This document shows positions 53,501-62,500 of a stretch of 64,000 nt of DNA, in pieces. The notes beneath the pieces were generated by a model. It made no database searches. It had not been told where the DNA came from and saw only the letters and a list, made by a program, of their open reading frames with translations. This stretch comes from Ostrea edulis (taxonomy: Eukaryota): the NCBI RefSeq assembly GCF_947568905.1, contig NC_079169.1, positions 7,130,001 through 7,194,000 on the forward strand. The letters are read 5' to 3'. Within the stretch, counting starts at the first letter, position 1; each line of letters begins with the position of its first letter. Both the position numbers and the translations under genes were made by a program.

Positions 53501-56500
53501 TCGAAGAGCGGAACAAACATCGTAATCCCTGTAACCCTCAAAGGAGAAGGTAAAAGAAAAGAATGATGACTGGCAGAAGAAAGAGTTAGTAGTATTAAAA
53601 CGGATATTTAAAAAATTATAACAGAATGTGCCTGATATATCATGATTAAAACACGTCAAGGAGGAAATGCTGAAAATGAAATATATAGGATCACTCTGTA
53701 TCCTATTAGTTATTCCTTCGTAACAGCATTCATATCGTAACTTTGAATAAAAGTTTACAGAATATCACTTATACATTATAAAGGGGTTGCATTTGTCACT
53801 AATACCACACATCTCTTTGTTATCAAACAAACCACATAATAAAATATGAAAAGGCAACTTGCCTTCAGAAGAACTGGTAGTATCAACAATTGTTGATGCA
53901 GTAGTGGATCCAGAAGTAGATGTAGTGGGTTCAGATGTGATTGATTCTGATGTAGTCTCTGCTGTGCTTGAAGTATCTGCAGCTGAGGTGCTAGCGTCAG
54001 TACTGGTTGTTGTTGTGCCTGCCTGTGTTGTTGTGCTAGCCTGTGAACTCGTGGACGTGGGATCAGCAGTTGTGATGCCGGCTGTCGACGATTCCGTAGT
54101 TTCTACTGTTATGCTAGCAATCTCTGCAGTTGTTGATGTTGGCGTGCCTGCGGATGTAGATGTGCTGGCTTCAGGTGTGATGCCTTCAGTGGTAGTTTCA
54201 GATGCGCTTGTAGATTCAGCCAAGGTTGTGCTAGCATCAGTTGTGGCTGTTGTTGCACCTGTTTCTGTTGTGGAGATAGACTGTGCACTACTGGAAGTGA
54301 TTTCTGCAGCAGCTGTGCTACTCACTGTCGACGACCCCATGGTTTCTACTGTTGTGCTAGTTGGAATTGTAGATGTTGGTGTCACTGCGGATGTAGATGC
54401 ACTGGCTTCACCTGTGACGGCTTCAGTCGTAGTCTCAACGGCGCTTGTAGATTGTGCAGTGGTTGTGCTAGCATCAATAGTAGTTGTTGTTGCACTTGCC
54501 TCTGTTGTGGAAATGGTCTCAGTACTGGTGGAAGTTATTTCTGCAGTTGTGCTGCCGACTATTAACGGTTCCGTGGCGTCTAGTGTTGTGGTAGTTATTT
54601 CTGCACTTGTTGATGTTAATGTTACTGAGGACGTAGATGTACTGGCTTCAGTTGTGGTGCTTTCAATTGTACTTTCAACTGCGCTTGTAGATTCAGTCGC
54701 CGTTGTGCTAGGTTCAGTTGTTGTTGTTGCTGCACTTGTTTCTGAAATGGTACTACCCATTGTCGAAGACATTGTAGTTTCTCCTGTTGTAGTAGTTGTT
54801 TCTGGAATTGTGGATGATGGTGTCGCTGCGGATGTAGATGTACTGGCTTCAGTTGCGACGGCTTCAGTTGTGAAGGCTTCAGTCGTAGTCTCAGTTGCGC
54901 TTGTAGATTGTGCAGTTGTTGTGCTACCATCAGTAGTAGTCGAGGATGCGCCTGATTCTGTCGTAGAGCTTGCCTGTGTATTTGTGGAGGTCATTTCCAT
55001 TGTTGTGCTTCCTTCTGTCGAAGATTCGGTGTTGTCTGGTGTTGATGTAGTTATTTCTAAAGTTGTAGGTGTTGATGTCTCTGCAGATGTAGATGTACTG
55101 GCTTCAGTTGTGGTGCTTTCAGTTGTACTTTCAACTGCACTTGTAGATTCAGTCGTCGTTGTGCTAGGTTCAGTTGTTGTTGTTGTTGCTGCACTTGTTT
55201 CTGAAATTGTACTATCCATTGTCGAAGACATTGTAGTTTCTGCTGTTGTAGTAGTTGTTTCTGGAATTGTGGAGGATGGTGTCGCTGCGGATGTAGATGT
55301 ACTGGCTTCAGTTGTGACGGCTTCAGTCATACTCTCAGTTGTGCTTGTAGATTGTGCAGTTGTTGTGGTACCATCACTAGTAGTTGATGATGCGCCTGAT
55401 TCTGTTGTAGAGCTTGCCTGTGTACTTGTGGAGGTGATTTCGATTGTTGTGCTTCCTTCTGTCGAAGATTCCGTGTTGTCTGGTGTTGATGTAGTTATTT
55501 CTAAAGTTGTAGATGTTGGTGTCTCTGTGGATGTAGATGTACTGGCTTCAGTTGTGAAGGTTTCGGTTGTGGTTTCAACTGTGATTGTGGGTTCTGCAAC
55601 TGTTGTGCTTGAGTCAACAGTACTTGTTGTGCCTTGCTCTGTTGTTGTGCTAACCAGTGTACTCGTTGAAGTCGGTTGTACTGTTGTGCTTCCGACTGAC
55701 GACGACTCCGTGGTGTGTAATGTTGTGCTAGTTATATCTGCAATTGTAGATGTACTGCTTGTCCCTGTTGTAGTTGCACTGGGCTCAGTTGGGATGGCTT
55801 CAGTTGTTGTTTCAGATGTACTTGTAGTTTCTGCTACTGTTATGCTGATGGTAGAACTCGCAGGTGTTGTCCCTATGTAAATGTATGCTTTTCATTTTAT
55901 ATTATCATTAGTTAAGTGTTTCACAAATTATGTTTCTTAAAATCACATTCTGAAAAAAGAAGAGGCTGTGTTTTCTTATTTGGTCTTTGGAAACGTTTGG
56001 ATTACAGTAGTTACAAGTATATTCTCATTCCACACAGTAGTGTGTATATTTCTTTCAGGACGCAAAATCATCCACATCTAGCACGTAAATGTGAATTTCT
56101 ACGCAGATTACGATTATTTCACGGTGTACATTATTGTGGGTTATCTAGACAAACTCCTGCTTTGACCAAACGTATTGCATGGATTCAGGAGAACGACTAA
56201 TTAAGCAATGCTTAGAATCTCGAAGAGCGGAACAAACATCGTAATCCCTGTAACCCTCAAAGGAGAAGGTAAAAGAAAAGAATGATGACTGGCAGAAGAA
56301 AGAGTTAGTAGTATTAAAACGGATATTTAAAAAATTATAACAGAATGTGCCTGATATATCATGATTAAAACACGTCAAGGAGGAAATGCTGAAAATGAAA
56401 TATATAGGATCACTCTGTATCCTATTAGTTATTCCTTCGTAACAGCATTCATATCGTAACTTTGAATAAAAGTTTACAGAATATCACTTATACATTATAA

Positions 56501-59500
56501 AGGGGTTGCATTTGTCACTAATACCACACATCTCTTTGTTATCAAACAAACCACATAATAAAATATGAAAAGGCAACTTGCCTTCAGAAGAACTGGTAGT
56601 ATCAACAATTGTTGATGCAGTAGTGGATCCAGAAGTAGATGTAGTGGGTTCAGATGTGATTGATTCTGATGTAGTCTCTGCTGTGCTTGAAGTATCTGCA
56701 GCTGAGGTGCTAGCGTCAGTACTGGTTGTTGTTGTGCCTGCCTGTGTTGTTGTGCTAGCCTGTGAACTCGTGGACGTGGGATCAGCAGTTGTGATGCCGG
56801 CTGTCGACGATTCCGTAGTTTCTACTGTTATGCTAGCAATCTCTGCAGTTGTTGATGTTGGCGTGCCTGCGGATGTAGATGTGCTGGCTTCAGGTGTGAT
56901 GCCTTCAGTGGTAGTTTCAGATGCGCTTGTAGATTCAGCCAAGGTTGTGCTAGCATCAGTTGTGGCTGTTGTTGCACCTGTTTCTGTTGTGGAGATAGAC
57001 TGTGCACTACTGGAAGTGATTTCTGCAGCAGCTGTGCTACTCACTGTCGACGACCCCATGGTTTCTACTGTTGTGCTAGTTGGAATTGTAGATGTTGGTG
57101 TCACTGCGGATGTAGATGCACTGGCTTCACCTGTGACGGCTTCAGTCGTAGTCTCAACGGCGCTTGTAGATTGTGCAGTGGTTGTGCTAGCATCAATAGT
57201 AGTTGTTGTTGCACTTGCCTCTGTTGTGGAAATGGTCTCAGTACTGGTGGAAGTTATTTCTGCAGTTGTGCTGCCGACTATTAACGGTTCCGTGGCGTCT
57301 AGTGTTGTGGTAGTTATTTCTGCACTTGTTGATGTTAATGTTACTGAGGACGTAGATGTACTGGCTTCAGTTGTGGTGCTTTCAATTGTACTTTCAACTG
57401 CGCTTGTAGATTCAGTCGCCGTTGTGCTAGGTTCAGTTGTTGTTGTTGCTGCACTTGTTTCTGAAATGGTACTACCCATTGTCGAAGACATTGTAGTTTC
57501 TCCTGTTGTAGTAGTTGTTTCTGGAATTGTGGATGATGGTGTCGCTGCGGATGTAGATGTACTGGCTTCAGTTGCGACGGCTTCAGTTGTGAAGGCTTCA
57601 GTCGTAGTCTCAGTTGCGCTTGTAGATTGTGCAGTTGTTGTGCTACCATCAGTAGTAGTCGAGGATGCGCCTGATTCTGTCGTAGAGCTTGCCTGTGTAT
57701 TTGTGGAGGTCATTTCCATTGTTGTGCTTCCTTCTGTCGAAGATTCGGTGTTGTCTGGTGTTGATGTAGTTATTTCTAAAGTTGTAGGTGTTGATGTCTC
57801 TGCAGATGTAGATGTACTGGCTTCAGTTGTGGTGCTTTCAGTTGTACTTTCAACTGCACTTGTAGATTCAGTCGTCGTTGTGCTAGGTTCAGTTGTTGTT
57901 GTTGTTGCTGCACTTGTTTCTGAAATTGTACTATCCATTGTCGAAGACATTGTAGTTTCTGCTGTTGTAGTAGTTGTTTCTGGAATTGTGGAGGATGGTG
58001 TCGCTGCGGATGTAGATGTACTGGCTTCAGTTGTGACGGCTTCAGTCATACTCTCAGTTGTGCTTGTAGATTGTGCAGTTGTTGTGGTACCATCACTAGT
58101 AGTTGATGATGCGCCTGATTCTGTTGTAGAGCTTGCCTGTGTACTTGTGGAGGTGATTTCGATTGTTGTGCTTCCTTCTGTCGAAGATTCCGTGTTGTCT
58201 GGTGTTGATGTAGTTATTTCTAAAGTTGTAGATGTTGGTGTCTCTGTGGATGTAGATGTACTGGCTTCAGTTGTGAAGGTTTCGGTTGTGGTTTCAACTG
58301 TGATTGTGGGTTCTGCAACTGTTGTGCTTGAGTCAACAGTACTTGTTGTGCCTTGCTCTGTTGTTGTGCTAACCAGTGTACTCGTTGAAGTCGGTTGTAC
58401 TGTTGTGCTTCCGACTGACGACGACTCCGTGGTGTGTAATGTTGTGCTAGTTATATCTGCAATTGTAGATGTACTGCTTGTCCCTGTTGTAGTTGCACTG
58501 GGCTCAGTTGGGATGGCTTCAGTTGTTGTTTCAGATGTACTTGTAGTTTCTGCTACTGTTATTCTGATGGTAGAACTCGCAGGTGTTGTCCCTATGTAAA
58601 TGTATGCTTTTCATTTTATATTATCATTAGTTAAGTGTTTCACAAATTATGTTTCTTAAAATCACATTCTGAAAAAAGAAGAGGCTGTGTTTTCTTATTT
58701 GGTCTTTGGAAACGTTTGGATTACAGTAGTTACAAGTATATTCTCATTCCACACAGTAGTGTGTATATTTCTTTCAGGACGCAAAATCATCCACATCTAG
58801 CACGTAAATGTGAATTTCTACGCAGATTACGATTATTTCACGGTGTACATTATTGTGGGTTATCTAGACAAACTCCTGCTTTGACCAAACGTATTGCATG
58901 GATTCAGGAGAACGACTAATTAAGCAATGCTTAGAATCTCGAAGAGCGGAACAAACATCGTAATCCCTGTAACCCTCAAAGGAGAAGGTAAAAGAAAAGA
59001 ATGATGACTGGCAGAAGAAAGAGTTAGTAGTATTAAAACGGATATTTAAAAAATTATAACAGAATGTGCCTGATATATCATGATTAAAACACGTCAAGGA
59101 GGAAATGCTGAAAATGAAATATATAGGATCACTCTGTATCCTATTAGTTATTCCTTCGTAACAGCATTCATATCGTAACTTTGAATAAAAGTTTACAGAA
59201 TATCACTTATACATTATAAAGGGGTTGCATTTGTCACTAATACCACACATCTCTTTGTTATCAAACAAACCACATAATAAAATATGAAAAGGCAACTTGC
59301 CTTCAGAAGAACTGGTAGTATCAACAATTGTTGATGCAGTAGTGGATCCAGAAGTAGATGTAGTGGGTTCAGATGTGATTGATTCTGATGTAGTCTCTGC
59401 TGTGCTTGAAGTATCTGCAGCTGAGGTGCTAGCGTCAGTACTGGTTGTTGTTGTGCCTGCCTGTGTTGTTGTGCTAGCCTGTGAACTCGTGGACGTGGGA

Positions 59501-62500
59501 TCAGCAGTTGTGATGCCGGCTGTCGACGATTCCGTAGTTTCTACTGTTATGCTAGCAATCTCTGCAGTTGTTGATGTTGGCGTGCCTGCGGATGTAGATG
59601 TGCTGGCTTCAGGTGTGATGCCTTCAGTGGTAGTTTCAGATGCGCTTGTAGATTCAGCCAAGGTTGTGCTAGCATCAGTTGTGGCTGTTGTTGCACCTGT
59701 TTCTGTTGTGGAGATAGACTGTGCACTACTGGAAGTGATTTCTGCAGCAGCTGTGCTACTCACTGTCGACGACCCCATGGTTTCTACTGTTGTGCTAGTT
59801 GGAATTGTAGATGTTGGTGTCACTGCGGATGTAGATGCACTGGCTTCACCTGTGACGGCTTCAGTCGTAGTCTCAACGGCGCTTGTAGATTGTGCAGTGG
59901 TTGTGCTAGCATCAATAGTAGTTGTTGTTGCACTTGCCTCTGTTGTGGAAATGGTCTCAGTACTGGTGGAAGTTATTTCTGCAGTTGTGCTGCCGACTAT
60001 TAACGGTTCCGTGGCGTCTAGTGTTGTGGTAGTTATTTCTGCACTTGTTGATGTTAATGTTACTGAGGACGTAGATGTACTGGCTTCAGTTGTGGTGCTT
60101 TCAATTGTACTTTCAACTGCGCTTGTAGATTCAGTCGCCGTTGTGCTAGGTTCAGTTGTTGTTGTTGCTGCACTTGTTTCTGAAATGGTACTACCCATTG
60201 TCGAAGACATTGTAGTTTCTCCTGTTGTAGTAGTTGTTTCTGGAATTGTGGATGATGGTGTCGCTGCGGATGTAGATGTACTGGCTTCAGTTGCGACGGC
60301 TTCAGTTGTGAAGGCTTCAGTCGTAGTCTCAGTTGCGCTTGTAGATTGTGCAGTTGTTGTGCTACCATCAGTAGTAGTCGAGGATGCGCCTGATTCTGTC
60401 GTAGAGCTTGCCTGTGTATTTGTGGAGGTCATTTCCATTGTTGTGCTTCCTTCTGTCGAAGATTCGGTGTTGTCTGGTGTTGATGTAGTTATTTCTAAAG
60501 TTGTAGGTGTTGATGTCTCTGCAGATGTAGATGTACTGGCTTCAGTTGTGGTGCTTTCAGTTGTACTTTCAACTGCACTTGTAGATTCAGTCGTCGTTGT
60601 GCTAGGTTCAGTTGTTGTTGTTGTTGTTGTTGCTGCACTTGTTTCTGAAATTGTACTATCCATTGTCGAAGACATTGTAGTTTCTGCTGTTGTAGTAGTT
60701 GTTTCTGGAATTGTGGAGGATGGTGTCGCTGCGGATGTAGATGTACTGGCTTCAGTTGTGACGGCTTCAGTCATACTCTCAGTTGTGCTTGTAGATTGTG
60801 CAGTTGTTGTGGTACCATCACTAGTAGTTGATGATGCGCCTGATTCTGTTGTAGAGCTTGCCTGTGTACTTGTGGAGGTGATTTCGATTGTTGTGCTTCC
60901 TTCTGTCGAAGATTCCGTGTTGTCTGGTGTTGATGTAGTTATTTCTAAAGTTGTAGATGTTGGTGTCTCTGTGGATGTAGATGTACTGGCTTCAGTTGTG
61001 AAGGTTTCGGTTGTGGTTTCAACTGTGATTGTGGGTTCTGCAACTGTTGTGCTTGAGTCAACAGTACTTGTTGTGCCTTGCTCTGTTGTTGTGCTAACCA
61101 GTGTACTCGTTGAAGTCGGTTGTACTGTTGTGCTTCCGACTGACGACGACTCCGTGGTGTGTAATGTTGTGCTAGTTATATCTGCAATTGTAGATGTACT
61201 GCTTGTCCCTGTTGTAGTTGCACTGGGCTCAGTTGGGATGGCTTCAGTTGTTGTTTCAGATGTACTTGTAGTTTCTGCTACTGTTATTCTGATGGTAGAA
61301 CTCGCAGGTGTTGTCCCTATGTAAATGTATGCTTTTCATTTTATATTATCATTAGTTAAGTGTTTCACAAATTATGTTTCTTAAAATCACATTCTGAAAA
61401 AAGAAGAGGCTGTGTTTTCTTATTTGGTCTTTGGAAACGTTTGGATTACAGTAGTTACAAGTATATTCTCATTCCACACAGTAGTGTGTATATTTCTTTC
61501 AGGACGCAAAATCATCCACATCTAGCACGTAAATGTGAATTTCTACGCAGATTACGATTATTTCACGGTGTACATTATTGTGGGTTATCTAGACAAACTC
61601 CTGCTTTGACCAAACGTATTGCATGGATTCAGGAGAACGACTAATTAAGCAATGCTTAGAATCTCGAAGAGCGGAACAAACATCGTAATCCCTGTAACCC
61701 TCAAAGGAGAAGGTAAAAGAAAAGAATGATGACTGGCAGAAGAAAGAGTTAGTAGTATTAAAACGGATATTTAAAAAATTATAACAGAATGTGCCTGATA
61801 TATCATGATTAAAACACGTCAAGGAGGAAATGCTGAAAATGAAATATATAGGATCACTCTGTATCCTATTAGTTATTCCTTCGTAACAGCATTCATATCG
61901 TAACTTTGAATAAAAGTTTACAGAATATCACTTATACATTATAAAGGGGTTGCATTTGTCACTAATACCACACATCTCTTTGTTATCAAACAAACCACAT
62001 AATAAAATATGAAAAGGCAACTTGCCTTCAGAAGAACTGGTAGTATCAACAATTGTTGATGCAGTAGTGGATCCAGAAGTAGATGTAGTGGGTTCAGATG
62101 TGATTGATTCTGATGTAGTCTCTGCTGTGCTTGAAGTATCTGCAGCTGAGGTGCTAGCGTCAGTACTGGTTGTTGTTGTGCCTGCCTGTGTTGTTGTGCT
62201 AGCCTGTGAACTCGTGGACGTGGGATCAGCAGTTGTGATGCCGGCTGTCGACGATTCCGTAGTTTCTACTGTTATGCTAGCAATCTCTGCAGTTGTTGAT
62301 GTTGGCGTGCCTGCGGATGTAGATGTGCTGGCTTCAGGTGTGATGCCTTCAGTGGTAGTTTCAGATGCGCTTGTAGATTCAGCCAAGGTTGTGCTAGCAT
62401 CAGTTGTGGCTGTTGTTGCACCTGTTTCTGTTGTGGAGATAGACTGTGCACTACTGGAAGTGATTTCTGCAGCAGCTGTGCTACTCACTGTCGACGACCC

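Noticed and set aside
17653-61324. Long plus-strand Val/Ser/Asp-rich ORFs (168-675 aa)
   Set aside because: Antisense shadows of Thr/Ser codons (ACA/ACT read as TGT/AGT/GTT). They track the minus-strand exons exactly and have no independent signals.
53197-61822. 94-aa (+) and 77-aa (-) ORFs repeated in B introns
   Set aside because: Inside the 709-bp AT-rich introns with no recognisable motif; they recur only because the intron is duplicated.
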